A DNA stretch of 37,055 nt from a virus (IMGVR_UViG_3300023210_002164:1-37055); one strand, 5' to 3'. Shown: positions 1-10,669, counted from the first letter of the stretch. Program-made: numbers and translations. The notes: generated by a model from the letters alone, not told the origin.

Positions 1-300
1 TTCATCCATCACAAAAAATGTAACAGCACTTTCTTTCTCTCAGTTTATTATTTGGTTTTGTGTCGGAGAGCCTCCTCTGTATTTTGGTAAAGGGGAAGGA
101 TGCATACATATACATTTACTAGATTGTATTAGCTGCTCCTCTATCATCCAGCTCCATCCTATAAAAAATATAATATCATATTTAGTATCATATGTTGCTT
201 GATTTAGTTCTTCTGGACTAGACACAAAATCAAATGATTGGCTGAAAGATTGGTAAACTTCAACAGCCCATTCCCGATATCCACAAAATAACATCTTCAT
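1..300 (-). pseudogene. Formyltransferase (Fmt/sugar N-formyltransferase-like) interrupted by an in-frame TGA at 40-42; frame continues off the window edge
   Basis: Has the HPSPLPKYRGGSP formyltransferase motif. After QNQIIN-TGA the same frame continues EKESAVTFFVMDE, matching the expected G-E-x-E-x-x-V-T-x-x-x-M-D-E segment. Could be a true nonsense mutation or a sequencing error (GGA>TGA). Confidence 0.7.
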
Positions 301-1085
301 ACACTAGTGACTTTTCTGTATTCTGTTTTATAATCATCTAACATAAAGTGATAAGTTCTTGAGTCTCCATCCGTTTTTCTTCGGCCAAAGTCTATACCAA
401 TAATCGAATGAGACCAGTCTAACCACTGACCGCTTATATCTGGCCGGGCATCGCCAATCAAAGCATCCCATTGGTCATATTTTTCTTCTGGTATAATTCT
501 ACGTATTTCATTTGGTGCTTGCGTCCACTTTCTATGAAAGTATGGACCAGACATCGCGCACTTTGCACCTTCTTTTTTTAATAGAGGGCTTTTCCAAGTT
601 TGATCATATCTACAGGACAGCGACTCATAATATGCTAAGTTGGCTAGTCTTAATCTTAATACAAAATCATCATCTTCACAACCACCGCCGTAAAATCTTT
701 GGTCAAACCATCCTATGTTTCTAAATACTTCTTTTGTTAATCCCATATACGCGACATTCCACTGGGACACAACAGCATAGCCTCGGTGCAACATTTGAAG
801 CATGAACAATACTTCTTTGGGTTCTGGCACAACTCTATCATTAACTAAAATAATGGTTTCTGTTGGAGATGTTGCGACAGCCTCGTTTACCAGTTCTGAA
901 TAAGAATCATAGGCTACTGGCTTTCTGTCGATTCTCTTATTCCAATGTACATTAAATTCTTCTTCAAGTGGCTTTAATAGCTCCATCTGTTTTTTTACCA
1001 CGGCCTCGTCAGATCCTGCATGAAGGCATATAGTAATGTCTTTTTCAATATATTTAGGAGATGGGTAGTGAGGGTTTCTATACAT
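297..1085 (-). CDS. GT2-like (GT-A) glycosyltransferase
   Basis: IGWFDQRFYGGGCEDDDFVLRL is the typical GT2 C-terminal motif; ILVNDR lies at the DxD position. Confidence 0.75.
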   Translation of the reverse strand: MYRNPHYPSPKYIEKDITICLHAGSDEAVVKKQMELLKPLEEEFNVHWNKRIDRKPVAYDSYSELVNEAVATSPTETIILVNDRVVPEPKEVLFMLQMLHRGYAVVSQWNVAYMGLTKEVFRNIGWFDQRFYGGGCEDDDFVLRLRLANLAYYESLSCRYDQTWKSPLLKKEGAKCAMSGPYFHRKWTQAPNEIRRIIPEEKYDQWDALIGDARPDISGQWLDWSHSIIGIDFGRRKTDGDSRTYHFMLDDYKTEYRKVTSV

Positions 1086-1857
1086 TGTGTAATTCTTTCA
1101 TTATGTATTCGGCAACTGTATTAGCGGATACGAATTTGTTGTAATAATTTAATGACGAGTTTGCCATACTGCTTAAATCCTTTTCAAGAACCTCTTTTAT
1201 ATTTTGGTAAATATGACCCTCAATTATTTGATGCGGAGATTGTGCATATATCCAATTATCAGGCATAGCAGGAGCTATGACCACACAAGATAATGACATC
1301 GCTTCAAAAAATCTAAAAGTCTCTGGACTAGAAGTGCCGTGTGGACATATGGCGACTTTTGTGTTAGAAAGAATTTCAGAATAACATTTGGTGCTCATTC
1401 CGCGATTGAAGCCACTATAAAACCCAAAAAAACAATTTATTGATGGATCGTTTAAAAAATAAGGTATTTGTTGATATATATCATACCTATTACCAGCCAC
1501 CTGACCAACAAAACTAACATCATACTTTCTCTCGTTGATTGGTGTAATGCTGGGTACTAAATCTTTGGACGGACCTAGCGGTATTGGTCTCAGTTTTTCG
1601 TGATATTCTTGTGGGCAATATTGTTTAAATATCATTTTTACAGAAGGGTCGTCAACTTCTGTGGGCACCCTATAAGACTCATCCGCATTCATTAATATTA
1701 TTTTATCACCCGAAACACTGGGCATATCGTCATCAAAGTTTTTTGCTACTATGTTTATATTATGTGTTACGTTTTGAGCGATTTCAGAAAAATATTTTTT
1801 TTCCAGATTGTTTTCAGGTAGACAGTCAATATAATTACTCACTAATTTCTCCTTCAT
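1078..1857 (-). CDS. Exostosin/GT47-like glycosyltransferase
   Basis: RKYDVSFVGQ ... ICPHGTSSPETFRFFEAMSLSCVVI. Confidence 0.7.
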   Translation of the reverse strand: MKEKLVSNYIDCLPENNLEKKYFSEIAQNVTHNINIVAKNFDDDMPSVSGDKIILMNADESYRVPTEVDDPSVKMIFKQYCPQEYHEKLRPIPLGPSKDLVPSITPINERKYDVSFVGQVAGNRYDIYQQIPYFLNDPSINCFFGFYSGFNRGMSTKCYSEILSNTKVAICPHGTSSPETFRFFEAMSLSCVVIAPAMPDNWIYAQSPHQIIEGHIYQNIKEVLEKDLSSMANSSLNYYNKFVSANTVAEYIMKELHNV

Positions 1858-2473
1858 AATTAGGGTTTCTAGCGACTATTAACCCATCATTCATTGCTAT
1901 ATTATCCTTGTCAAATATTATTTTAAACTCTTCGGGTATATGTTTTAAGACATTAAGATGGTTTTTATGCGTGGATATAAATAGATAATCAATGAATTGA
2001 TAAAGCTCTTTTTCTTTAAGCTCTTGAGTTGTTTGCTCTTCAGCACCCTGTATATCCATATGTAATATATCAACTCTTTTGCTCTCTGAGATAAGAGAGT
2101 CTAATGGGATTTTCTTAGCCCCATAATTATCCTCTTTTATTTCTTGGTGGTGAACCTTTTCTCCGACATAACCATGTATAAACTCTGCGTTGGGACAATA
2201 TTTTTTCGCTACCCCTATTTGTCTAGGTAGTATATCTAAACACACGTTTGTGCCTCCAGTAGCTTTCCAGAAAATATGTGAATATTGAGCTTCTGCACAT
2301 CCAAGCTCAATCATCCTTGGTTTATTTGACTTTAATTTTTTTATAGCGTCTTCAAAAAGCGATACCTCTTGTGGTTCACATTCATAGATGTGTAACGGAA
2401 GTCCTTTTGCTCGTTCGGCGGCGGCATCGTACAGGTTTCGTGCAGTCTCACTCCATTCATCTTTTTGACTCAT
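1835..2473 (-). CDS. FkbM-like SAM-dependent methyltransferase
   Basis: MIELGC motif I; VDILHMDIQGAE; LFISTH. Confidence 0.75.
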   Translation of the reverse strand: MSQKDEWSETARNLYDAAAERAKGLPLHIYECEPQEVSLFEDAIKKLKSNKPRMIELGCAEAQYSHIFWKATGGTNVCLDILPRQIGVAKKYCPNAEFIHGYVGEKVHHQEIKEDNYGAKKIPLDSLISESKRVDILHMDIQGAEEQTTQELKEKELYQFIDYLFISTHKNHLNVLKHIPEEFKIIFDKDNIAMNDGLIVARNPNYEGEISE

Positions 2474-3356
2474 TTAAAATCTCCAATAGTTTGGTTGCTC
2501 TAGCTTTTGTTGTGCCGCAGGTCAAGAGCCATTCTCTTTGTGCGTACACCATATCTATATACTCTTGTGTTGGTTTGTCGCCTACTATAAGACGCTTAAA
2601 TAGATTTTCTAAATCTTGTATACTATTATAGGAAAAGCAAGGAAGATCTTGCGGGGCACATAATTTAGGTTTCCTGCCATAGTCTCTAAATAGAAGACAT
2701 GCACCACTAGCCAATATTTCGTAATGTCTCAATGAATCCCAGCCACCTTTCATACACGTCAGACCGAAGAAGGATTTATGCATATCTTGATAATATTCTT
2801 CTTCGTTATTAAATACGTATAACTGTCTAGCTGCCAGACCTAATATCTGTGGACCGAACGCTGCATAAGGAGGAGCCGTTTTCTGTACAACCTGTGTTTT
2901 ATTGTCAAATTTAAGAGGCATAATTCTGTGTTCAGGTATGCCAAAGCCTGTAGGAAAAACATTTTTATGTTCTTCAAAAAGCTCCCTTTTAAAACATGGG
3001 GTTCTGGTTATGTTGCTATGGTCATGGCCATCCAGATACCAAACACCATACTTTGCTAATTTATCTAATGCGGGATCATTCTTAACACCATAAGCATCTG
3101 TAACGCCATACAGAACAAAATCAATGTCTTCTAGCTTGCGGTTTTCTATGTCTTGTATCGGCTCTGTGAGTAAGCTAAAGCCCCACCCATGAAGCTCATT
3201 CTTTGGGGATTCAGAAAAATCGCTGTACATTATTTTCTTGCGTGGAAAATCAATACAATTATCCCCCAGAATCTCTCTAAGACCATGCAACATAGAAACC
3301 TCTTGATAGTCGCATTGAGAGTTTGGGTCTTCATTTGTTATATATGCTAATTTCAT
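2457..3356 (-). CDS. Putative GT-B glycosyltransferase (phage-type, exostosin/CgeB-like C-terminal motif)
   Basis: YYQDMHKSFFGLTCMKGGWDSLRHYEILASGAC resembles the GT-B R-x-x-E donor-binding segment. Confidence 0.6.
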   Translation of the reverse strand: MKLAYITNEDPNSQCDYQEVSMLHGLREILGDNCIDFPRKKIMYSDFSESPKNELHGWGFSLLTEPIQDIENRKLEDIDFVLYGVTDAYGVKNDPALDKLAKYGVWYLDGHDHSNITRTPCFKRELFEEHKNVFPTGFGIPEHRIMPLKFDNKTQVVQKTAPPYAAFGPQILGLAARQLYVFNNEEEYYQDMHKSFFGLTCMKGGWDSLRHYEILASGACLLFRDYGRKPKLCAPQDLPCFSYNSIQDLENLFKRLIVGDKPTQEYIDMVYAQREWLLTCGTTKARATKLLEILNESKR

Positions 3357-3372
3357 CAGTAAATCCCTTCAA

Positions 3373-4047
3373 TTAATACCAGACCCCATGCTTGATATTT
3401 TTTTCAATAAAACGGTCTATGTACCATTGAGACTTCTGGGTCATATTTTCTTGCTCTAACCTAATTGCGACTGGGGTCATAAACCTTTCATGAAATTCAA
3501 CAAATATTTCACTAATATAGTCTATAACTCCCGTGGTTATCATGTCGTCCAAAACAGCAAATTCACAGCCTTCTATATCCAGCTTTAAAACTATAAAGTC
3601 TTCGGGTTTAAAGTTATCCTGTATAAAATCCACAAGCCTTATACATGGAACTTCTAGACATTTTTGTTGTATTATGTTTTTATTCAGATCAGGATTTATG
3701 TTCGGATAAGCCAGCTCACTTGACTCAGAGGTAAATACGTGATCTTTTGATCGATCAAAAAAATCCACCCAAGTACTGTCGGACGCTAAGATGTTTGTCT
3801 CTCCACCAACCCAATCTTTTTCGTGACAACAGTATGCTATATTTAGTCTTTGTGGCTCGCTATTGTCAGACACAGCACATCTGTGTAAAGTGGTACTTTC
3901 AGACTCAAGCTGGGAAAGTTTTTCATAACATCTTGGATTAGGCTCAAACATATGGACTTCCCAAGTATGATCTATAGAGTGAGTTTTAGCAAACTGTGCC
4001 ATAGCTTGGCCTATATTGCTACCGCAGTCTAGAAATATTTTTTTCAT
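3373..4047 (-). CDS. FkbM family methyltransferase
   Basis: FLDCGSNIG, FEPNP, LKLDIEGCE, IFVEFH. Confidence 0.88.
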   Translation of the reverse strand: MKKIFLDCGSNIGQAMAQFAKTHSIDHTWEVHMFEPNPRCYEKLSQLESESTTLHRCAVSDNSEPQRLNIAYCCHEKDWVGGETNILASDSTWVDFFDRSKDHVFTSESSELAYPNINPDLNKNIIQQKCLEVPCIRLVDFIQDNFKPEDFIVLKLDIEGCEFAVLDDMITTGVIDYISEIFVEFHERFMTPVAIRLEQENMTQKSQWYIDRFIEKNIKHGVWY

Positions 4048-4863
4048 TTATTTAGTTTCCTTGCTTAAAATTTTATTGTAACACCCGTTGAACGAATAGT
4101 AGCTTTTATACACTTCACTACCCCGGCGGATCAAATTACGTATATTATTCACATCTTTGGCCATATCTACTAATTTGTCATACAGTAAAGGTAGTTCATC
4201 TACATGACAAAGTACTCCATATTCTTCAAAATCTACTTTATCTTCAAATGGAATCCAAGGATCATCGTAAATATATACAGGTATTATACCGAGTTGTAAT
4301 GCTTCACAAATCCTAAAAGAAGTCTTTCCATATCCTCTGGGACATAACGCAAACAATGAACTTCTCATAACGCCATAGAAATCTTCAAAAGAAAGTCTTT
4401 CATTAATAAAAACACCTGTCTTATTATGTAGAACTTTATTCATTGTTTCTCGCACTTGATGCCTTCCCTGTATAGCCCCCATAAAACTACATAGGATACG
4501 CCTTTGGAAATCGTTTCCTAAATTTGGGTGAGGCAAACAATTAAGAGGGTATGCGTAATCTCCAACACCCCCACTAGAAAAAACATACAGATCTAACCCA
4601 TTAATATCATTTACTATTCCATCGTCCCACTGACAAACCGTGAAATACTTTTTAGACCTATCTAATGCGTCTAGATAATCTTGCAGGTCAGACATATCGT
4701 CATTACAATAATTTTTACTTACATAATAATTTGTCCAGCAGACCTGCAAATACTCCCTATCTACTTCTGGCTTCTCTGAAACAAACCTTTGTGCGAAATA
4801 TTCTTCAAATATAATTATATTATTGGGTGGATTCTCATGGTTAGTGGGTGTTAAAAAACTCAA
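4048..4863 (-). CDS. Exostosin/GT47-like glycosyltransferase
   Basis: MRSSLFALCPRGYGKTSFRICEALQLGIIPVYIYDDPWIPF is the classic exostosin C-terminal motif. Confidence 0.82.
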   Translation of the reverse strand: MSFLTPTNHENPPNNIIIFEEYFAQRFVSEKPEVDREYLQVCWTNYYVSKNYCNDDMSDLQDYLDALDRSKKYFTVCQWDDGIVNDINGLDLYVFSSGGVGDYAYPLNCLPHPNLGNDFQRRILCSFMGAIQGRHQVRETMNKVLHNKTGVFINERLSFEDFYGVMRSSLFALCPRGYGKTSFRICEALQLGIIPVYIYDDPWIPFEDKVDFEEYGVLCHVDELPLLYDKLVDMAKDVNNIRNLIRRGSEVYKSYYSFNGCYNKILSKETK

Positions 4864-5711
4864 ATCATTTCCCCCACATAAAATTTAGAGTTAGGCTGCC
4901 AACTAGCGTGCCATAAATGGCAAGCCATGCTACAGGGTTTTAGAAAAGACTTAATTAATTCTGTATTTGCCTCTTCTCTATATCTCGCCGGAAAAGGGTG
5001 GAAGGTTTGAGATGGAGCTATAAATAATTGATCCACTTCACAATCTGGCTGGTTTAGGTATTGCCACAGACAACGAGTTAATAACCAAGGGCCAGTTTGA
5101 TATAGAACCCTTGTCTGATCACAATGTATCTGCATATATGATTGTTCTAAGTCTGGGTCTTTAACTGATTCAACACATAACTCAACAATAGGATGTCCCG
5201 GAGCACAAGCCATTATCCCATTGTTAAGCTGTGTTTGTTTTTCAAGACAGATACCCGCATAGAAAGAAAAATTGTCGTGTAGTACGTTAAATTTATCTGA
5301 AACACACAAGAAGTCAGTGTCTACATATAAACCTCCCTCATATTTTAGTATTTCATATCTCAAGATATCAGACTGAATACCGAAGCTTTTAGATTTCTCA
5401 AAATTAGTAAATGTTTCTTTATGTTGCATAAAAACATAAGATGATTCATTATCCCAAACCTTAATGTTAAAGTCTGGATTTTTCATACTCCAGTCTTTTA
5501 TGTTTGAGTGATACCAGTCTGGTAACGGTTGTCCCAGCCATATAAAATGTATAGTTTTTGGTATTGGGTTTTCGCATCCGTTGAATTGAAGATTTTCATA
5601 CATATTCTTCAAGGTGTTCCAATCTGGATCTTGTTCTGCAAATTTTTTATTAAAAAGAGATGTCTCTGTAACACATTGTTCAAAGAAGTCGCCGTCAAGG
5701 TTATTTAACAT
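4860..5711 (-). CDS. GT32-like DxD glycosyltransferase (Och1/capsular polysaccharide synthesis type)
   Basis: IPKTIHFIWLG, SDILRYEILKYEGGLYVDTD, TGP, HLWHASW. Confidence 0.88.
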   Translation of the reverse strand: MLNNLDGDFFEQCVTETSLFNKKFAEQDPDWNTLKNMYENLQFNGCENPIPKTIHFIWLGQPLPDWYHSNIKDWSMKNPDFNIKVWDNESSYVFMQHKETFTNFEKSKSFGIQSDILRYEILKYEGGLYVDTDFLCVSDKFNVLHDNFSFYAGICLEKQTQLNNGIMACAPGHPIVELCVESVKDPDLEQSYMQIHCDQTRVLYQTGPWLLTRCLWQYLNQPDCEVDQLFIAPSQTFHPFPARYREEANTELIKSFLKPCSMACHLWHASWQPNSKFYVGEMI

Positions 5712-6354
5712 AGATAGCGTCTCCCCAGCTCGCAGACTGCCAATATGTCCCCACCCTTTTAAAACTATAATCTTTCAAAAATTCATCAAGCTCTCCCACA
5801 AGTGGGCAGCCTTCATATACTTCAGCCAGATTAACCTCAAGTATCATAAGTTGTATACAGTCCAAGATATCACCAGCACCCTTAAGTACTTCTAATTCGT
5901 ATCCTTGTACATCTATATTTAACATATTATAGTTTAACGCTCTCGCATTTTCTGATTTTAAAGCTTCTTCAGTTAGAAATTCGTCAAGACGACGTACTTG
6001 CACTGTTTCTTTTGTCGGAAATGTCACTTCTGGATGTTCTGTTAAATGTATTTTAGGTTTTAGCAGTGAACTAGAGGCACCAGCACCAACTTCAATACCA
6101 CCTTCTCTGTCTGAAATAAACATTTCTTTTTCACAAGATTCAGATCCTAATGCTACATTGAAGACCTGTTCACCATCTTGACACTTGGATTTGATAATCT
6201 CGTAAAGTTTTTGCTGTGGCTCAAATAAAATAGTATTAGTCAAGCCTATACTTCTGTATTCTGTTAACTCCTCTCCAACAAATCCCCCCACATGAATTGC
6301 TCCACGAATCTTGAAGTTTAGTTGGCTAGCTATGTCTTTCAATTTGTATAACAT
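5701..6354 (-). CDS. FkbM family methyltransferase
   Basis: IHVGGFVGEE, FEP, NIDVQGYELEVLKG, WGDAIY. Start moved to the ATG at 6354 (TAATG coupling with the upstream stop). Confidence 0.88.
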   Translation of the reverse strand: MLYKLKDIASQLNFKIRGAIHVGGFVGEELTEYRSIGLTNTILFEPQQKLYEIIKSKCQDGEQVFNVALGSESCEKEMFISDREGGIEVGAGASSSLLKPKIHLTEHPEVTFPTKETVQVRRLDEFLTEEALKSENARALNYNMLNIDVQGYELEVLKGAGDILDCIQLMILEVNLAEVYEGCPLVGELDEFLKDYSFKRVGTYWQSASWGDAIYVK

Positions 6355-7193
6355 TATTTGATACCTCTCATTAAATCTATCTCTGTGTGAGGGCATTTAA
6401 TATCATTGAAATTCAGACGATCTATATCAATTCTGTGACCACTCATATATTTCTCCAATAAAAATTGGCTATCATAACTAAACACATCGCCAGACCTATT
6501 ATCATGAGATTGCTGCACTTTGTTATTCGGACTGTTAACAACTACACTATGTTTAAATGATGCCATAGTATTAGGAGAAATTGTCCAAAATCTTTGGAGT
6601 GCTCCCTCTAATTCGTTTGGTGTTTGTTTCCATTTATGCCGCGATTCTAACATACATAACTCATCTATCATTTGCAGCATATCATTCTTTCTAAAAATAT
6701 GACCATCTACTGATAGAGAATAAGACCAGTAAGACCCATATGCGTGGGCTGTTTTAGACCAGATGATTACATCCTTATAATTGTAAGTCTGGTGCGGCAA
6801 ATCTGGGAATGTCATATCCTCATGGCTTCTCTGTATTATATTTAACCCCATTCTAAGGGATAAACATTGTATATTCTTGTTTATAAATATTTGATCATAA
6901 TCAGTATTTGGCACCTCTTTAAAACATATATCATCATCTGTGAAAAAACAAATATAATTATTGTCAGATGCTGTAATAGCAGCCGATATATCTTTAAACA
7001 ACGAATAACTTTGAGTCCATGATTCAATATTGTCATGTTCAGAGCATAAGGTGGAATGAGCTTCTGAAAATTCTGCATCATTATTATGTAGCACTATAAC
7101 CTTATTACACGCAGGAAAGTTTTTGTGGATACTCTCCAAACAAAGATCTAATTGTAATGGTCTATTTTTACTGAATACTATGGAAGTGATCAT
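6354..7193 (-). CDS. Putative GT-A (GT2-like) glycosyltransferase
   Basis: N-terminal IVFSKNRPLQL, FFTDDD (DxD). Start MITSIVF at 7193 preferred. Confidence 0.6.
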   Translation of the reverse strand: MITSIVFSKNRPLQLDLCLESIHKNFPACNKVIVLHNNDAEFSEAHSTLCSEHDNIESWTQSYSLFKDISAAITASDNNYICFFTDDDICFKEVPNTDYDQIFINKNIQCLSLRMGLNIIQRSHEDMTFPDLPHQTYNYKDVIIWSKTAHAYGSYWSYSLSVDGHIFRKNDMLQMIDELCMLESRHKWKQTPNELEGALQRFWTISPNTMASFKHSVVVNSPNNKVQQSHDNRSGDVFSYDSQFLLEKYMSGHRIDIDRLNFNDIKCPHTEIDLMRGIK

Positions 7194-8139
7194 AGAACCG
7201 TTCTTTATGTTTGTTGTCATAATACCACTTAACAGTTTCAGTTAAGCCATCTCTTAGTGAAGTGGTTGCTTGAAATCCTAATTCTTCATTAGCTTTGTCA
7301 ATATTTAAGCAGCGTCTAGGTTGCCCATCTGGGAAATCAGCGTTAAATACAATATCTCCTTCGTAGCCCATAATATCCTTTAATATCTCTGCTAAATCTT
7401 TAATTTTAATTTCTTCCCCAGTTCCTATATTAATTGGACCGGGGGAACAATCAGAAACTAAGGACTGAGCAATAGCGTTAGCACAATCTTCTGTGTATAG
7501 AAATTCTCTACTCGCTTGTCCAGTTCCCCATAATTCAATCTCATCGCTTCCCAGTGTTATAGCTCTATCGATTTTTAAAATTAGCGCCGGAATAACGTGA
7601 CTGATCTTAGGATCAAAATGATCATTAGGTCCATACATATTTACAGGAACAAGATTAACACAGTTGAAGCCGTACTGTTGGTCGTAGGCAATTAGCAATT
7701 CTATTAATGTCTTTTTGGATATACCGTATGGAGCATTGGTCTCTTCCGGATAACCAGCCCATAAATCATCTTCGGTAAACGGCACGGGGGTAAATTTCGG
7801 ATACGAACATACAGTCCCCACCATAACAAATTTATGTAGCTTACCATATACGCGGCAGGCTTCTATTAATGTTATACCCATAGCTAAGTTTTCATACATA
7901 AACAAACCCGGATTTTCTTTATTTGCTCCTATTCCTCCAACCCTTGCTGCCAAATGTATCACCATAGTTGGCTGAAAAGTGTTCAAAACCTCGTCAACCT
8001 GATTTCTGTTTTTTAGATCACAGACGGAGCTGCCTTCAAGTTTATATAGACTATAGCTTTCCTCCTGTTCCAATCTGGAGCAAACAGCTTTACCCAAAAA
8101 GCCGTGTGCTCCTGTAACTAATATTTTTTGTTTATGCAT
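7168..8139 (-). CDS. fcl: GDP-L-fucose synthase (GDP-4-keto-6-deoxymannose epimerase/reductase)
   Basis: GAHGFLG Rossmann motif, HLAARVGGIGAN, GTVCSYPK, YGISK, PVNMYGPND, SHVIPALI, WGTGQASREFLY, PDGQPRR. Confidence 0.93.
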   Translation of the reverse strand: MHKQKILVTGAHGFLGKAVCSRLEQEESYSLYKLEGSSVCDLKNRNQVDEVLNTFQPTMVIHLAARVGGIGANKENPGLFMYENLAMGITLIEACRVYGKLHKFVMVGTVCSYPKFTPVPFTEDDLWAGYPEETNAPYGISKKTLIELLIAYDQQYGFNCVNLVPVNMYGPNDHFDPKISHVIPALILKIDRAITLGSDEIELWGTGQASREFLYTEDCANAIAQSLVSDCSPGPINIGTGEEIKIKDLAEILKDIMGYEGDIVFNADFPDGQPRRCLNIDKANEELGFQATTSLRDGLTETVKWYYDNKHKERFYDHFHSIQ

Positions 8140-9169
8140 TTAAAACACCCTTATAACTATCGAGAATATTTTTTGACATTTCTGTAAGACCAAAAGTATT
8201 TAACATTTGAGCGACTCTATGAAACCCGGTATGATTTTCAGTAACATATTTTTGTCCTTGGGTCGCTATTTTAACACGGTCTGCGGGATTTTGTAGATAG
8301 AAGTCAATTTTATCTTTAAAGTCTTCAGGAGATTCCGCTATGACTATACCATCACCAAACATTTTGTATGCCTCTACATTATCAGAGATACAGAATCCTC
8401 CAGCATACAGAACTTTGAATATTCTTTCATTAACATCAATTCCAAATTCATGAGCGTGGGGTTCGCTAAGATTAGGACAGATACGAGCAGATGCAAACAA
8501 ATTTTTTACATCTTCATCATTAATCATTCCACAATACTGATTGACATCCCACTGTTGGTTTCCAAAAATTTTCACTTTATAATTATTAATCGGATACAAT
8601 AATGGAAAAAGATATCTATCAATAACCAACCCTTTATGCGGCCAGTAACCGCCCACAAAGCCGATATCACACTCTAACTTAGGATCAAATTTAGCATTGC
8701 CGTAAACTACTGTATCAGCACACATCATCAAAGAAGTAGCATCAATACCAATAGAGGCAAAGTGATTATGGGTTTTAGCGATACCTTCCGGACTATAGTG
8801 GATATGGACAAAGTCAGGTTTGCCAGTTTCTTCCTTCAGTCTTTTTAATATTTCTTTTTCTTGCTGCGAACAATACAAGATATTAAATCTCGACTTATCA
8901 ACCTCCGTTTCATGGTCTCCCCAATCACCAGCACGCAATCCGACCTTCATATGGGGTCGTTCATATATACATTTTAGTGTCGCGTTATCTAAATTGTAGG
9001 ACTGTCCCAAAAAGATATCTGGTTCAAATTTATCAAATGCATCAAAGGCTGTAACGGATTTACAATCCCACAGCATTGCGGTACATCCAGCAGCATTAAA
9101 AGCATTTACCCAAGACAACCTTTGAAAGTAATGAGCGTGCTTGCCATCACTACATATTAAAATTTTCAT
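8132..9169 (-). CDS. CgeB-like GT-B glycosyltransferase (Glyco_trans_1_2)
   Basis: DIGFVGG, ICPNLSE, NERIFKVLYAGGFCISD, IATQGQKYVTENHT. Confidence 0.75.
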   Translation of the reverse strand: MKILICSDGKHAHYFQRLSWVNAFNAAGCTAMLWDCKSVTAFDAFDKFEPDIFLGQSYNLDNATLKCIYERPHMKVGLRAGDWGDHETEVDKSRFNILYCSQQEKEILKRLKEETGKPDFVHIHYSPEGIAKTHNHFASIGIDATSLMMCADTVVYGNAKFDPKLECDIGFVGGYWPHKGLVIDRYLFPLLYPINNYKVKIFGNQQWDVNQYCGMINDEDVKNLFASARICPNLSEPHAHEFGIDVNERIFKVLYAGGFCISDNVEAYKMFGDGIVIAESPEDFKDKIDFYLQNPADRVKIATQGQKYVTENHTGFHRVAQMLNTFGLTEMSKNILDSYKGVLNA

Positions 9170-9881
9170 TATTTAAATCCTTTATACAGTCTATTTCAAG
9201 TATCGACATATCATCAGGCTCATAACACTTAAATGTACCACCCATCATAATTACTTCATTCAAAAGTTCAAAGGACAACATTTTCTTGTTAATGGCGTTA
9301 AACTTGTAGAATATATTCTTTAAAATTTTAAGCTCTTGACCAGTAAAGAACGCGATCTGACCCCACTTGGTTGGCAGGCTATAAGATAAAATTTCAGCAA
9401 CGCCCATATTATTCATAGTTACACCCACTTCCTTCTCGTGAAATCTATTATTGCTATCAGTGATAATAAAAGATTTACCATAGTCCAAGCCCGATAAGGT
9501 CTGCATATTAAAATATAAATCACCATGAGCAAATAAAAAATTGTTTTTAGTAGAATTATGGAATGCCAGCCTTATAGATTCCGCACAATTCGTCTCTTGA
9601 TATAATTGATTTTCTACAATCCTGATGTGTGTTTGAAGTTTCTTTATAATTCTTACAGCATTATACCCGAGCACAGTTATAATTTCGGGACTTTCAAAAC
9701 AGGAGTTAATTATGGATATTTGATGTTCTATTAATGTCTTACCGCCTATCTTAATCATACTTCTTGGCTCATAAGACTTAATTCGATCACCAATACCAGC
9801 AGACAAGATAGCAATTGCTATATCCCTTGCGTTACTGTTAGTGTCTATAGTTGTAGTAATCGATTTTGTAAATCTCGGCAT
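9150..9881 (-). CDS. Nucleotidyltransferase (NTP_transf_3; LicC/sugar-phosphate cytidylyltransferase-like)
   Basis: ILSAGIGDRI..EPRSMIKIGGKTLIEHQI, VENQLYQETN, HGDLYF, EIDCIKDL. Confidence 0.72.
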   Translation of the reverse strand: MPRFTKSITTTIDTNSNARDIAIAILSAGIGDRIKSYEPRSMIKIGGKTLIEHQISIINSCFESPEIITVLGYNAVRIIKKLQTHIRIVENQLYQETNCAESIRLAFHNSTKNNFLFAHGDLYFNMQTLSGLDYGKSFIITDSNNRFHEKEVGVTMNNMGVAEILSYSLPTKWGQIAFFTGQELKILKNIFYKFNAINKKMLSFELLNEVIMMGGTFKCYEPDDMSILEIDCIKDLNNENFNM

Positions 9882-10669
9882 TATCTACTACTTAAAATCT
9901 TAGCATTTTGATTAAAAATATCTGTTGTCATTTTCATAGATTGATTTTGTCCATTCTGTCTCGCGATAGCTAAAGACTCTGCAACATGTGTGAAAATACA
10001 GATCTTAGATAATCTTATCCATAGATCATAATCTTCAGTACATCCTATAAAACTCTGACTAGCAGGCCCATGTAGCTGACTATCAAATATTTCTTTGTTT
10101 GGTAATACAATCTGAGCCAGATAGTCTTTCTTAATTAGAGAGTTGCTGTGAATAATACAGCGATTCATTAACTCGTTTCTACAATAAGAATTTTTAAATT
10201 CATAACTGATATTACTTCGGTGTGGTAACTCGTTATGTATATCATAATCAGAACACGCTACGCCAATTTCACCATATTCCATCAACCTACTCATCAGTAC
10301 TTCAACTTTATTTGGCTTATATTCATCGTCTGAATCGAGAACACCGAAAACATCCGCCCATTCCCAAGCCTGCCATACTGCCACATTTCGGGCTGTACTG
10401 GCTCCAGAATTGTTGATACGATAAGCATAGATATTATCACGCTGCCTATACTCAATAGGACCACTATAATATGACTCTTCCATATCTTTAGAGTCTACCG
10501 CTTCCGTTACTCTACATATTTTCTCCCATGAGTCATCAGATGAGCCATCATCAACTAAATATATTCTTATAGGACCATTATAGGTCTGCCGCTGAATGCT
10601 GTTTATAGCTTCTAAAATATACTGCCCATAATTATAGTTAGCAGTTATTATAGCTACTTTATGTTCCAT
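9881..10669 (-). CDS. GT2 family glycosyltransferase
   Basis: IITANYNYGQYI, VDDGSSD, NSGASTARN, LDSDD, EDYDLWIRL. Confidence 0.9.
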   Translation of the reverse strand: MEHKVAIITANYNYGQYILEAINSIQRQTYNGPIRIYLVDDGSSDDSWEKICRVTEAVDSKDMEESYYSGPIEYRQRDNIYAYRINNSGASTARNVAVWQAWEWADVFGVLDSDDEYKPNKVEVLMSRLMEYGEIGVACSDYDIHNELPHRSNISYEFKNSYCRNELMNRCIIHSNSLIKKDYLAQIVLPNKEIFDSQLHGPASQSFIGCTEDYDLWIRLSKICIFTHVAESLAIARQNGQNQSMKMTTDIFNQNAKILSSR

